Source: an uncultured Gammaproteobacteria bacterium | Lineage (GTDB): Bacteria; Patescibacteriota; Microgenomatia; UBA1406 | Direction: 5' to 3' | DNA: 64,000 nucleotides | Assembly (NCBI GenBank): GCA_964414145.1 | Contig: CAYPVH010000006.1 | Coordinates: 16,357-80,356 of the forward strand | Shown: in pieces, positions 47,693-58,509 of the stretch | How positions within the stretch are numbered: position 1 is the stretch's first letter | Layout of the letters: every line of letters starts with the position of its first letter | Position numbers and translations under genes: made by a program | Notes under the pieces: model-generated | Seen by the model: the letters and a program-made list of their open reading frames with translations, nothing else | The model's database searches: none | Told to the model about the DNA's origin: nothing

Positions 47693-49111
47693 AATAACAG
47701 CACTAATAATAACAAAAAAATGGAAATAAATTTACCCATAAAAGCAAAAAAAATAATAACATTTTTTGAGAAAAATGGTTTTAGTTGCTATGTTGTTGGC
47801 GGCTTTATTAGAGACAGTTTAATTACAAACAAAGTAGCTGATAATTCAAGTATTGATTTTGCCACAAACGCCACACCGGAAGAAATGTTAAAAATTTTAC
47901 CTGAAGGAAAGTATGAAAACCGCTTTGGTACCGTTATTTTTTCTCTAAAAAAAATAGGCGAGAAAATCGGACTGACTAAAAAGGATTTTAACGAAGAGGA
48001 TATTTTTGAGATTACAACATTTCGTTCTGAAGATAACTACATAGATCATCGCCATCCGGATAAAGTTAATTGGGGCAACTCCATAGAAGAGGATTTAGAA
48101 AGAAGAGATTTTACCATTAATGCTATTGCTTATAACAAAAGTGCATTAATTGACCCGTTTAAAGGAATAAACGACATAAAAGAAAAAACTATTAAGGCTG
48201 TTGGTAACCCTTTGGTGCGCTTTAAAGAAGACGCTCTGCGAATGTTAAGAGCGGTTCGTTTTGCCTGTACACTAGACTTTACTATTGAAGAAAAAACATT
48301 ATTTGCTATTGACCAAAGCAGTCAACTGTTAAAAAATATAAGTTTTGAAAGAATTAGAGACGAGTTTTTTAAAATACTGAGTTCGGAAAGACCAGATAAA
48401 GGTGTATTGCTTTTGAGAAAAGTAGGATTATTAAAAGAGTTTTTACCGGAACTAAATGCCACTTTTGGTGTTTCTCAGAAAAGCCCAAAAAGGCACCATA
48501 TATATGACGTTGGTACTCATTTGGTAAAAACCTTGGCAGCATGTGAACCAACCGACCCAATTGTTAGATTGGCATGCCTTTTGCACGACATTGGTAAAAG
48601 CCAGGTTAGAGAAGTTAATCAGGAAGGCATTGTTACTTTTTATAACCATGAAATTATTGGCACCGAAGTTGCTTACGAGATCGGTAAAAGACTTAGGCTT
48701 TCTAAAGCAGATCTACATCGATTAACCAAGTTGGTAAGATTTCATCAGTTTTCTGTTACTGAAAAACAGACCGATAAAGCAATTCGTCGCTTTATTCGGC
48801 AAGTTGGCAAAGAAAATTTAAATGATATGTTAAGCTTGCGTACAGCAGATCGCATTGGCTCTGGTGCTACACCCACTTCCTGGAGAACCAATCTTTTTAA
48901 AGAAAAGTTAATTGAAGTACAAAAAAAACCATTTATAGTTTCTGATTTAAAAATCAATGGCTTAGATGTTATGAGGGTATTTAAGATTAAACCTGGCCCA
49001 GAAGTTGGTAGAATACTTAATAATACTTTCGAAGAGGTTGCTAACAACAACCTTGAAAACAAGAAAACAACACTGCTTAAATACTTAGAAAAGCTAAAAA
49101 AGGATTCTTAA
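47687..49111 (+). CDS. cca: CCA-adding tRNA nucleotidyltransferase with HD domain
   Basis: Pol-beta NT head YVVGGFIRDSL..DIDFAT; ..RDFTINAIAY; HD domain LLHDIGK; true start possibly the Met at ~47720. Confidence 0.8.
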   Translation: MHNNSTNNNKKMEINLPIKAKKIITFFEKNGFSCYVVGGFIRDSLITNKVADNSSIDFATNATPEEMLKILPEGKYENRFGTVIFSLKKIGEKIGLTKKDFNEEDIFEITTFRSEDNYIDHRHPDKVNWGNSIEEDLERRDFTINAIAYNKSALIDPFKGINDIKEKTIKAVGNPLVRFKEDALRMLRAVRFACTLDFTIEEKTLFAIDQSSQLLKNISFERIRDEFFKILSSERPDKGVLLLRKVGLLKEFLPELNATFGVSQKSPKRHHIYDVGTHLVKTLAACEPTDPIVRLACLLHDIGKSQVREVNQEGIVTFYNHEIIGTEVAYEIGKRLRLSKADLHRLTKLVRFHQFSVTEKQTDKAIRRFIRQVGKENLNDMLSLRTADRIGSGATPTSWRTNLFKEKLIEVQKKPFIVSDLKINGLDVMRVFKIKPGPEVGRILNNTFEEVANNNLENKKTTLLKYLEKLKKDS

Positions 49112-49335
49112 ATTTTAGCGACCGCTTTTTTTAGCTCATCTACCAAATCGATAGGAACATTTACACCTTTTTTCGTTGGGATTTCTGTTCCGTCTTCTGT
49201 AATTACATAGGTACGAATATCTACATAATCCTTGCCTTTGAAAGTGGATTTTCGCACCTTTATAACCTCGCGCTCATTTTTAGGAAATGTGGCGATTATA
49301 CCTTCGTCTTTTTCTTGCACATCTTTGTCTGTCAT
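49108..49335 (-). CDS. PC4/p15-like single-stranded-DNA-binding small protein
   Basis: 75 aa; ..IKVRKSTFKGKDYVDIRTYV..TKKGVNVPI pattern of bacterial PC4-like proteins. Confidence 0.45.
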   Translation of the reverse strand: MTDKDVQEKDEGIIATFPKNEREVIKVRKSTFKGKDYVDIRTYVITEDGTEIPTKKGVNVPIDLVDELKKAVAKI

Positions 49336-49414
49336 AAATTGTTTATTAACTGTTAATTGTGAATAGTTTATATATATTAATTATTTTTCTCAACTTATTA
49401 TTATGCTCAATAAT

Positions 49415-50497
49415 TTAAGAAACAACCTGTCGACAAGTTTCTAGTATTTGCTCTGCTGTTTTTTCCCACGAAAATATTTTAAGTCTTGCTGTTCCCTTCG
49501 AAATTAATTCATTTTTTTTGCTTTCTACTATTTTCATTTTATTAACAAGGTCGGAAACATTTTCGGGTTCAAAATATAAAGCAGCGTTGCCGGCAATTTC
49601 AGGTAGTGCTCCACTATTAGATGCAATGACGGGTACTTTGTGTAAATATGCTTCAAGAAGAGGTAAACCAAAACCTTCGTAAAACCCGGGCATAATTAAT
49701 GCTGACGCCCGGTTAAGCAAATTAGCCTTTTTTTCTTCACTTAGGTAATCTGTAAAAATTACTTTGTCGGTTAACTTTCTTTGTTTAACCAAGTTAAATA
49801 TTTCAGTGTATAACCAGCCCTTTTTACCGACAATGTAAAAATTGTAGTTTGGTTTATTTTGTATAAACCGATGAAAGGCTAAAATGGTGTTTTCCAGATT
49901 TTTTCGGGGTTGGATTGTGCCAATGTATATAAAATATGGTTTCTTTTGGGCTTGCTCGTTAGTGCTGTTAATAGAAGTTTTTTGATCGAATCCATTATGA
50001 ATTACCCTTATCTTTTCTTCTTTAATATTATAATTTTTTATTATGTCTTCTTTGGTATTATTTGAAACCGCAATTATTCTGCTGGCTTTTTTTACTGAGT
50101 ATGCTGTCCAATTTTTTAGCTGATATAAGTCTTTTGATAAAAAACTTTCTGGATAATAAAAATAAGACAGGTCATGAATAACAACGACAGACTTACAAAA
50201 ACAGACGCGGGGTAAATAATGTGCCAATGCTAAAAATACATCAATATTTTTATGAAATAGAAATAGGTGTAAAGGTAAATCCAACTGGCTCCATATAGTT
50301 TTTTTAGGAATAATAATATACTTAAAATATTTTGACTCAGTTGGTAGATCAGAATGTGGACTTTCTTTAAGAAAAATGTGTAAAGTACAACTGCTATTTG
50401 CCTGTTTTTTAAACTGATGTAGTAGATGATAGGCATACCAAGAAACCCCAACTCTATTTGCAACATTGGCTTCGTTACCATCAATTCCAATTATCAT
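49415..50497 (-). CDS. Glycosyltransferase family 4 (GT-B, retaining)
   Basis: C-terminal EGFGLPLLEAYLHKVPVIASNSGALPE (E-x7-E region). Confidence 0.75.
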   Translation of the reverse strand: MIIGIDGNEANVANRVGVSWYAYHLLHQFKKQANSSCTLHIFLKESPHSDLPTESKYFKYIIIPKKTIWSQLDLPLHLFLFHKNIDVFLALAHYLPRVCFCKSVVVIHDLSYFYYPESFLSKDLYQLKNWTAYSVKKASRIIAVSNNTKEDIIKNYNIKEEKIRVIHNGFDQKTSINSTNEQAQKKPYFIYIGTIQPRKNLENTILAFHRFIQNKPNYNFYIVGKKGWLYTEIFNLVKQRKLTDKVIFTDYLSEEKKANLLNRASALIMPGFYEGFGLPLLEAYLHKVPVIASNSGALPEIAGNAALYFEPENVSDLVNKMKIVESKKNELISKGTARLKIFSWEKTAEQILETCRQVVS

Positions 50498-50503
50498 TTT
50501 TAT

Positions 50504-51598
50504 TTAATAAGCAGATAGCGCTTCTTCTATTTGCTTAAAACTATTATTCCAACTAAATTTGATTGCTGCCTTCTTTCCTTTGATTGATAAGTTTTTCCTT
50601 AATTGTTGATCTGTACTTAATTTAATTATTGCTTGGCTTATATCTGCTGTGCTTTCAGGATTAAAAAGATATGCGGCGCCATTACTACCAATTTCTTTGA
50701 GTGAAGAGTTATTGGAAGCGGCGGTTGCTGCCCCAAGCTGCATTGCCTCGATTAATGGATAACCAAAACCTTCCCAAATGGAAGGCATAATAAAAAAAAG
50801 GGCAGATTTATAAAGCGAAAAAAGAGCTTTATCGGGAACATGTCCAAGAAAATGAATATTATTCTGCTTAGTATTCAACTGTTGCCAACCCGCTTGACCA
50901 ACAACAACCAAATCTATGCCCGATAGTTGCGCGTTAGTAAACGCCTCAATAAGACGCTTTATATTTTTTCTGGGTTCAATTTTTCCTACCGTTAGTATGA
51001 AAGGCTTTTTTAGTTTGTAACTAAAACGCGTTTTTTCTTGTTCTTTCTGACTTGGTTCATAAGTTGATACACCCGGGTAGACCACTTTAATTTTTTTTTC
51101 ACTGATGTTTAAAAAATTTATTATATCTGCTTTTGTACTTTCTGAGTCGGCAAAAATAAGGTTGGATTCTTTACAAACATGAATAAACCGGCTTTGCTGA
51201 GTTTTAAGAATTTTCCACTCTACCGTTTCTGGGTAGCGCAGAAAAGCCAGGTCGTGTACAACCGTTGCTTTTTTGACACATTTAGTTGGTGGTTCGGTCC
51301 AGTCTGACGTGATAAACCAGTCAAGCGGGCCGGTAAAAGTTTCAAGATCAATAATATGTAGCCGGTTCCAAATAAAAGACAGAGCAGTTGGTGGCAGTGG
51401 TAATTTATAAATGCTTAAACCCTTCTCTTTAATTTCAGATTTCAGCTGACTGCTAATTTTTTTTCGAAAGGAAGAATAAAAAAAAGACCAGTCGTTATTT
51501 GTATTACTATTAAGTATCGCCTTCACCAATCCTTCGGTGTACCTGGCCACTCCTGTTCCCTTATATACGATTTGTGAAATATCTATGGCAATTTTCAT
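50504..51598 (-). CDS. Glycosyltransferase family 4
   Basis: EGFGYPLIEAMQLGAATAASNNSSLKE. Confidence 0.75.
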   Translation of the reverse strand: MKIAIDISQIVYKGTGVARYTEGLVKAILNSNTNNDWSFFYSSFRKKISSQLKSEIKEKGLSIYKLPLPPTALSFIWNRLHIIDLETFTGPLDWFITSDWTEPPTKCVKKATVVHDLAFLRYPETVEWKILKTQQSRFIHVCKESNLIFADSESTKADIINFLNISEKKIKVVYPGVSTYEPSQKEQEKTRFSYKLKKPFILTVGKIEPRKNIKRLIEAFTNAQLSGIDLVVVGQAGWQQLNTKQNNIHFLGHVPDKALFSLYKSALFFIMPSIWEGFGYPLIEAMQLGAATAASNNSSLKEIGSNGAAYLFNPESTADISQAIIKLSTDQQLRKNLSIKGKKAAIKFSWNNSFKQIEEALSAY

Positions 51599-51600
51599 GT

Positions 51601-52800
51601 TTAGGTTCTGATTTTTTTATACTCCGCTTCCAGTTTTTTAGCAATGCTCTTCCAACTATAAGTTTCCCTAACTAAATTATAGGCGTTCTTTTGAATTTGA
51701 TTAAAAAGCTTTTGATTATTTAATATTTCTTTGATTTCATTGGCAAATTGTTCCGGATTATTTGCCAACAATACATTTTTTTTGTTTTCAAGACCCAAAC
51801 CTTCAACACCTGTTGTGGTTGAGATAATTGGAAGCCCGGCTGCCATTGCCGCCAAAATTTTTAGTCTGGTACCACCCGGCCCGTATATGGGTGAAGCAAA
51901 AACAGTAGCTTCTTGATATAGTTTTTTTACAGTTTTTATATCGTTTGGCTCAATATTAACTATTTCCATATTTGCTGTACTTTGATATTTAAGTTTATTT
52001 TTTGCGTTTTGCCCAGCCACTACCAGTTTAATTTTCTTATTCTTTATTTGTTTAATTAATGGATAGATTTCTTTTATTAAAATTGTTGCCGCTTCTACGT
52101 TTTGTAACCAATAAAAATTGCCAATGAATAAGATAACTGCTTTATTTAAGTTTTTCTTTCTTAGGGGAATTTGAAGCATGTCGTCGCCGGCCCCATTTGG
52201 AATAGTTACCGGATTAATATTTTTTTCTAAAGAAATTATCTTCTTACGATCTTCCTCCGACACCGCCGCAACTAGGCTAGCCTTTTGCCAATAAAAACGT
52301 TCCCAATATATAAGTTTTAAAATATCCATGTAAAAAAGAGGTTGTATAAATATAGGCAAGGTTTTTACAAAGTGTTGATAAACTTTGTACTCGATAGTCT
52401 GTTCTACTAAAACTATTGGCACCGTTGTTTTTGGCAAATGAGGCATTATATAAAATGTTTCGGCATGTATTACGTCATAAACTTCTTTTTTTAATAGTTT
52501 TTCTGCCGTTTCTTTGGCTTGCTCTGAAAAATTCCGAACAATTAAAAAGGGTTTGGCAGAAAATATTGCACCACTAATATTTTTTAGTTGCCAAGGATTT
52601 TCGGCACGCTTACATAGATAAATTTCGTGACAATATTTTTTAAGATACTGTACATATTCTCGCTCATACTCAAACTTATAAAGAGAAATCAGGGTAATCT
52701 TATGTTTCTGACTTAAGTATTTTAGCAAGTTATATGTTCTGATTTGACCGCCACTCGAGGGCGGGTAGGGTAAATAAGGAGTTAGCATTAAAATCTTCAT
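51601..52800 (-). CDS. Glycosyltransferase family 4
   Basis: N-terminal LTPYLPYPPSSGGQIRTYNL; C-terminal GGTRLKILAAMAAGLPIISTTTGVEG. Confidence 0.75.
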   Translation of the reverse strand: MKILMLTPYLPYPPSSGGQIRTYNLLKYLSQKHKITLISLYKFEYEREYVQYLKKYCHEIYLCKRAENPWQLKNISGAIFSAKPFLIVRNFSEQAKETAEKLLKKEVYDVIHAETFYIMPHLPKTTVPIVLVEQTIEYKVYQHFVKTLPIFIQPLFYMDILKLIYWERFYWQKASLVAAVSEEDRKKIISLEKNINPVTIPNGAGDDMLQIPLRKKNLNKAVILFIGNFYWLQNVEAATILIKEIYPLIKQIKNKKIKLVVAGQNAKNKLKYQSTANMEIVNIEPNDIKTVKKLYQEATVFASPIYGPGGTRLKILAAMAAGLPIISTTTGVEGLGLENKKNVLLANNPEQFANEIKEILNNQKLFNQIQKNAYNLVRETYSWKSIAKKLEAEYKKIRT

Positions 52801-54233
52801 AATTTGAAGATTAAAACCTTATCATTTTCAAAAACCAAACCATAAGTGTCTTCAAGTTTTTCTTTGTAAGATAAATCAGCTGTTACGAAATAATCCGCGC
52901 CCTGTTTTTTTAAATCCGGAAACGGTTTATAAGGAGCGGGGTAACCGCGTCTGTCCGATAGGTAAAGTAAGGTTGTGTCTCCAGTTGTATCTGTTACTAA
53001 AACATCTGTTGGTTTAGTAAGTGACCGAATAACGTCTGCTACCAGTATTTGGTCATTATTCTGAAGGTAGTAATCTTTAACTTGGTAGTAAGAAAAAAAT
53101 ATAGATAAAACAAAAATAATTAAAACTCCAAAAATCCGCAGAAAAAGTGAACCAAAATTTTTTCGGCGAATAAAATCACCAATACCAACCCCAACTAGAA
53201 GTGCAATTGTTGGGGTAATAATAATCTGATAATAATCATGTTGTACATTGCCACCTTGAAAAGTAAAAAGATAAAATAAACTAGCAATTAAAAATGGTAT
53301 ATGCAATGGAATTTTATTTTTTACATTACCTACAAAGATTGCCATAAAAACAAATACAGTTAAATACCCACCCAGTATTAAGTTATTTATTCTTTCAAAA
53401 AATATCCATCGAAAAAAAGCCGGTCTAAAAAAAACAGTTTGTAAACCTCCCCCAGTGTTTACTGCAGTTAAAAGCCATTGGCTGGCAGGAATACCTTCCG
53501 GAAACTGTAAAATATAAAGCCGCCATAAAATAAGAGGTAGAAAAGCAATAATTGAAAAAACAAATAACAGGATTAATTTTTTATAGTTTTTGATATTTTT
53601 CCTTAATAGCAAATAAAGAAAAATAATCGAGTAGAATATGACTACCGGCTTAACAAGTAGCGCAAGAGCAAAAAGACCGGCCGACAACAAAAAATTATAA
53701 GCCCTGCCTTTTACAAACCGATAGAAAAAAAAGATAGCCAGCATTGTAAGCGAAATTGCCGGCATATCGGGTAATATAGAGCGGGAATAGTAAACAATAT
53801 ACGGTGCTACAGCGAAAAATAAGCCACCAAAAAATGCTTCCAGTTGCCCGTATTCTTTTTTAAGTAAATAATATATAACTGCCAATGAAGTAACCGATAA
53901 AATTGCAGTTGTTAGTCTTGCCCAAACTTCAAGAGAAAACAAACCAAGATATTGATAAAGAAAAGCAAATATACCGCTATAAAGTGGAAATTCTACAAAG
54001 CGTAAACCTTCGGGATTATCAAGGCCCGATTGTATATTTGATAAGTCGTAATACCTAGGTTTTAAAAATTTAAAACCGTTTTTAATTAAGAACCTGCCAA
54101 CAGCTGCCGTGTCGGTTTGCCGCCAAGAAAACCATTCCGTTAATGTGTTGTCTATTTTATAAAGTCGAAGTAAAAAGGCAATAATAACGAGTACTGCTAA
54201 AACCAATAATGTTAATCGATTTTTTTTACTCAT
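52797..54233 (-). CDS. Polytopic membrane glycosyltransferase-like protein (ArnT/PMT/GT39-83 fold-like)
   Basis: ~11 predicted TM segments in the N-terminal 400 aa plus a C-terminal soluble domain; family assignment tentative. Confidence 0.45.
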   Translation of the reverse strand: MSKKNRLTLLVLAVLVIIAFLLRLYKIDNTLTEWFSWRQTDTAAVGRFLIKNGFKFLKPRYYDLSNIQSGLDNPEGLRFVEFPLYSGIFAFLYQYLGLFSLEVWARLTTAILSVTSLAVIYYLLKKEYGQLEAFFGGLFFAVAPYIVYYSRSILPDMPAISLTMLAIFFFYRFVKGRAYNFLLSAGLFALALLVKPVVIFYSIIFLYLLLRKNIKNYKKLILLFVFSIIAFLPLILWRLYILQFPEGIPASQWLLTAVNTGGGLQTVFFRPAFFRWIFFERINNLILGGYLTVFVFMAIFVGNVKNKIPLHIPFLIASLFYLFTFQGGNVQHDYYQIIITPTIALLVGVGIGDFIRRKNFGSLFLRIFGVLIIFVLSIFFSYYQVKDYYLQNNDQILVADVIRSLTKPTDVLVTDTTGDTTLLYLSDRRGYPAPYKPFPDLKKQGADYFVTADLSYKEKLEDTYGLVFENDKVLIFKL

Positions 54234-55779
54234 TTGAAAAGACTTCTTTCAGCTGCGGTTTTTTGTAATTAGTTAATTTTAATGTTAACCCCCATAAAAA
54301 CCAAACCACAAATGCAACCTTAGACGCCTCAAATACATCAATGTACAGTGCATTAATAAGTAACGCCAAAATACCTGCAATAACACTTAAATAGAAAGCT
54401 CTGTATTCTTTTGATATTGATTTAAATTTTTTAAAGATTTTAATGGTTAAACTAAAAATAACAAAAAAGAATAAACCAAAACCCAACAACCCAACTTCAC
54501 CCAATGATCTCAAGAAATCATTATCTGTAGCTTCAGTAATTGATGATGGGCCAGTACCAATAAACGGATTTTTTAAGAAGGCTTTAATAGCCCTTGGCCA
54601 TTCAACCTGAAGCCGGGTGGCAAATGAAATATCGGGTAAAACCGAACTGACGGGGGAAAACTCGGCGAAAGCCTGATCGACTAAAGACTCCAGCTCACTT
54701 TCTGTAAGTACCTTCCCCGACCTTCTAGCTTGTTCGGCAATGCTGTTGCGAAGTTCTTTTTTTACCTGCTTTACTTCTTTGTCACTGCCTTGTTCACTAC
54801 TATCTGTACTTTTTTTATTTTTAATAACAAAGTCGCCGGGGGGTAAGTCGTTTGCCGTTATTTCTCTGGGAACAATGGTTTGACCACTTTCATTAACCCA
54901 GACCAATTCTTGCCTGAATGTTCGGTTAATTCTTTTGGTAAGGTCTTGTGAAATTGGAGTCAGCAAAAGTGTTGCCAAAATAACAAATACCAGTAATTTA
55001 AATTTTCTTAAATAAAGTAAAAGTAGTGGTACTGCCACAAGATAGGCAACAAAACTTGCACGCGAGGCGGTAAGTATTAAAGCAGTAAGAGCAGCGGTAA
55101 AGGCAATTAAGTACCATCTTTTTTTAGTACTTATATACATTCCCAGGGAAAGTGGCATTAATACAATTAGGTATGCTGCCAAGTCGTAATGACCACCGAA
55201 GGTTGAAGAAATACGGGCATTAGCGTCTAGTGTAAGCAAATAACCCTTAGCGTAATGAGGATTCATCGTTTGAATCGCCGGCCACCCCAAGTACTTTTGA
55301 CCAATACCATAAAGACTGACAATTAAAAGTACGAGAACCAAACTTTTTAAAAGCAATTTTGCTTGTTTAGGTAGGTTTACCGCTTGGTAAACAATAAAAA
55401 AGATAATCATATATTCGACACGCCTTAGGCTGTGCAGTAGCCCTAGCTCAAGAGTTTTAACTGTATTTAAAAAGTAAAAACCGACCATTGTAGAGACAAC
55501 TACCACAAGCCAAAAAAGAACTATTGGAAGAAATAAGGGGGTTTGCCAAAACTTGGTTTTATTTTTAAGAGTATCAAATAAAAAAACCAAAACAATCAAA
55601 GCGATAAACAAATCTTCAAAGCGAATTGCAATGTAAGTATAATTAATAGGTACAAGCGGTAGTTTAGGCCAAAGAGGGATAAAGAAAACATACAATAACA
55701 ACAGTAAGTGTATCAACCTAAAATTATAGCTTTTATATTTACTAATAAAACCACTAAACAAGTTTGTTAGCTTCTGCAT
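54226..55779 (-). CDS. O-antigen ligase/polymerase (Wzy_C)-like polytopic membrane protein
   Basis: multi-TM protein with a large loop; family assignment tentative. Confidence 0.4.
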   Translation of the reverse strand: MQKLTNLFSGFISKYKSYNFRLIHLLLLLYVFFIPLWPKLPLVPINYTYIAIRFEDLFIALIVLVFLFDTLKNKTKFWQTPLFLPIVLFWLVVVVSTMVGFYFLNTVKTLELGLLHSLRRVEYMIIFFIVYQAVNLPKQAKLLLKSLVLVLLIVSLYGIGQKYLGWPAIQTMNPHYAKGYLLTLDANARISSTFGGHYDLAAYLIVLMPLSLGMYISTKKRWYLIAFTAALTALILTASRASFVAYLVAVPLLLLYLRKFKLLVFVILATLLLTPISQDLTKRINRTFRQELVWVNESGQTIVPREITANDLPPGDFVIKNKKSTDSSEQGSDKEVKQVKKELRNSIAEQARRSGKVLTESELESLVDQAFAEFSPVSSVLPDISFATRLQVEWPRAIKAFLKNPFIGTGPSSITEATDNDFLRSLGEVGLLGFGLFFFVIFSLTIKIFKKFKSISKEYRAFYLSVIAGILALLINALYIDVFEASKVAFVVWFLWGLTLKLTNYKKPQLKEVFSNE

Positions 55780-56626
55780 AAGTTTCTTTTAAATATTTAT
55801 TGTTTATAAACGCTCCTAAAGTATAACCGACCATAGCCTTAGTTTTCAACAATAGCTTTAGTATATAGTTTTCATTTTTATTATGGTGCTTTTGATAAAA
55901 ATAAATAAAGCCCTTGTATACATTTATGATTGGCTCTTTGCGACCCTGGCTAGAGGCACTACCATAATGAAGTACCTTAGCGCCGGGATAGAAACCAACC
56001 TGATAACCTATTTTTCTTGCCCGATAAAAAAGATCTATTTCTTCCATATACATGAATATGTTTTCATCAAAGCCACCGACCGCATTATAATACTTTTTTT
56101 TGGTAATAAAACAGGCCCCCGAAACCCAGTCTACAGCTCGACTTTTATTTGGTGAATAACGGGTAATGCCAAAATAGTCACCCTTTAAAAACAGGGCAAC
56201 AAAAATTATCAATAATGAGTAAAAAGGCCCGGCTGAATACTGAACAGTTAAATCCTTGTTAAATAACTTGGGCCCGATAAACTGGTACCGAGCCTCTGTT
56301 TTTAAAAAATAATCATAGAGCTTGAATATGCCATTATTAATGATTTTCGTGTCTGAATTTAGAAAAACCAACACTTCCCCACTAGCCTTTTTAACCAGAT
56401 AATTATTGCCTTTTCCAAACCCCAAATTTTCTTTAAGAGCAAAGAGTTTTACTTTGTTTTTAAACTCTTTTTTTATAGAAGAAACGCTATTGTCTGTTGA
56501 ATTATTGTCTAGAAGCAATACTTCGTACTTTATTTTTGTGTCTTTTAAGCTTTTAAATAAGGACCGCAGTGCATCGAGTGTTAGTTTTTTGGTATTATAA
56601 GAAATTATGAGAATCGATAAGTCCAT
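55754..56626 (-). CDS. Glycosyltransferase family 2
   Basis: ILIISYNTKKLT..LLLDNNSTDNS..VFLNSDT (DxD region). Confidence 0.75.
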   Translation of the reverse strand: MDLSILIISYNTKKLTLDALRSLFKSLKDTKIKYEVLLLDNNSTDNSVSSIKKEFKNKVKLFALKENLGFGKGNNYLVKKASGEVLVFLNSDTKIINNGIFKLYDYFLKTEARYQFIGPKLFNKDLTVQYSAGPFYSLLIIFVALFLKGDYFGITRYSPNKSRAVDWVSGACFITKKKYYNAVGGFDENIFMYMEEIDLFYRARKIGYQVGFYPGAKVLHYGSASSQGRKEPIINVYKGFIYFYQKHHNKNENYILKLLLKTKAMVGYTLGAFINNKYLKETYAEANKLV

Positions 56627-57827
56627 AATAGCTTATTTTAACAGATATTTGCCAATTCTATTAGTCTTTATTACCAGTAGTTTAGTTATTTTTACCCTAT
56701 TCCCCAACATTCCCAAGAATGTTTCTTTTGATGAAATCGAATTTACAAAATTAGCATTATCTTTAGAAAATAAATTTAGCCTGTTTTCTAAAGAAGCTAC
56801 CGGTCACGCTACCCCATATTTTTACTTAATATTAGTCTCGCTTAAAATTTTTGGAGTTAATTTGTTTGCGCTTCGCCTGCCCGCTGCCATATTTGCAATT
56901 CTAAATTCACTTTTAGTGTTCTTGTTACTTAAGCTGCATTTTAAAAAGCAGACCGCCTTTTTTGGTGCCTTTATTTTTTCAACATTAAGATGGGCTTTTA
57001 GTTTTGGTAGATTTTCATTTGAAGCCACTTACTTATTTTTTTGGGAACTATTGAGTGTTTATACAATCTATATTTTTGTGAAAAAGAAAAACAAATTATT
57101 TTTGGTACTTTCCATTGTTGCCACCATTTTGGCTTTCTATTCTTATTTACCAGGAAGAATATTCTTTTTAGTTCCTTTGGCATATTTGCTTTTCAATAAA
57201 AAATATCAGTCGGCAATAATATTCATAGTTTTTGTGGTATTGGCTGCTTCACCACTTATCCATAGCAGTAGAATTGAAAGCCGAGTAGACAGCTTAACTT
57301 TTATTACAGATAATGCTTTGGCTTTAAGCAGTAAAGCTTTGTATTTTATTGAAAACGTATGGAAAACCTTACTAATGTTTAGTTTTAAGGGTGACTTAAA
57401 CGGTAGACATAATTATCCGGGCAAAAGCGCATTAAACCCACTACTGGGTATATCAATGTTGTTTGGGTTATTTTTGGTATTAAGAAAAAGAGATAAAAAC
57501 AATTCTTTGATATTATTTTGGCTGGTTGTTTCTATTTTCCCGGCACTCTTGACTTACCCAGTAGAGAACCCACATTTTTTACGAACCTATACTTCAATTT
57601 TTGCAGTTATTTTTTTGATTAGCACTTCCATTAATACTTTTATTTTAAAAAACAAGAAACGATTATGTTTGTGGGTTTTTATATTATTGATCTTAGCTTC
57701 CTCGATATACGAGCTTAGAACCTACTTTTATTATCAGCCAAAGGTATTTAAAAACGCATTTGAATTCAAGGCAAGTGATCTTGAAAAGTTTAGTAATCAA
57801 GAATTTTCGACTATACCTAAAAAGTGA
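56607..57827 (+). CDS. ArnT/PMT-like (GT39/GT83-type) membrane glycosyltransferase
   Basis: N-terminal GHATPYFYLILVSLKIFGVNLFALRLPAAIFAIL pattern of the dolichyl/undecaprenyl-phosphate-sugar transferase family; multi-TM. Confidence 0.5.
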   Translation: MRIDKSIIAYFNRYLPILLVFITSSLVIFTLFPNIPKNVSFDEIEFTKLALSLENKFSLFSKEATGHATPYFYLILVSLKIFGVNLFALRLPAAIFAILNSLLVFLLLKLHFKKQTAFFGAFIFSTLRWAFSFGRFSFEATYLFFWELLSVYTIYIFVKKKNKLFLVLSIVATILAFYSYLPGRIFFLVPLAYLLFNKKYQSAIIFIVFVVLAASPLIHSSRIESRVDSLTFITDNALALSSKALYFIENVWKTLLMFSFKGDLNGRHNYPGKSALNPLLGISMLFGLFLVLRKRDKNNSLILFWLVVSIFPALLTYPVENPHFLRTYTSIFAVIFLISTSINTFILKNKKRLCLWVFILLILASSIYELRTYFYYQPKVFKNAFEFKASDLEKFSNQEFSTIPKK

Positions 57828-58453
57828 CCAACATCAAGTGACGCTTTTCCAACCAAAACTCCATCAAAACCGGCAGCACTAAAATTAAGCACATTACCTT
57901 CGTTAACACTGCCCCCATAAAACACTTTCTGAGCTGGTAAATCCTTTTGAATATTGCTAACCTTTTCAAAACTATTATACGGGTCTTCTGCAATACCGGT
58001 TCCTATTGCTGCAGTGGGTTCGTAAGCTAAGGCGTAAATTTGACCGATATATTTTTCCATTTTTTCAATACAAAGAATTACCGGAATTTGATAAAGGTTA
58101 GCCAACTTTATTTTTTGCTGAATTTGTTCAAAACTTTCTGCTCTGTTAATACGACGTTCAGAATGACCAATCAGCACAAAGCTAACAATGTCTGCCAACA
58201 TTGGAGCCGTAACTTCACCGGTATACTGGCCCTTTTCAAATGCCGAAACATCTTGAGCGCCAATAAAAACATTGCTTAAGTTTTTCAGCTCTTTGGCAAA
58301 TAACATTAGATATGGAAAAGGTGGGCAAATTATTATTTGTTTTTCTTTTGTGTTGTATGAAGAAAATTTGTTTTTAAATTCTGTTATCCAGTTATGGATT
58401 TCTTTTGTGTCTTGTACTGCTTTTAAATTGGCGATAATTGTTTTGATCTGCAT
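57797..58453 (-). CDS. tpiA: Triosephosphate isomerase (short form)
   Basis: IGHSERR, AYEPTAAIGTG, YGGSV, GAQDVSAFEKGQYTGEV. Confidence 0.85.
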   Translation of the reverse strand: MQIKTIIANLKAVQDTKEIHNWITEFKNKFSSYNTKEKQIIICPPFPYLMLFAKELKNLSNVFIGAQDVSAFEKGQYTGEVTAPMLADIVSFVLIGHSERRINRAESFEQIQQKIKLANLYQIPVILCIEKMEKYIGQIYALAYEPTAAIGTGIAEDPYNSFEKVSNIQKDLPAQKVFYGGSVNEGNVLNFSAAGFDGVLVGKASLDVGHFLGIVENS

Positions 58454-58509
58454 TTGTTAAGATATTAAATACATTTAAACTCTTATAAAGAATAATATCA
58501 AATTTAACT

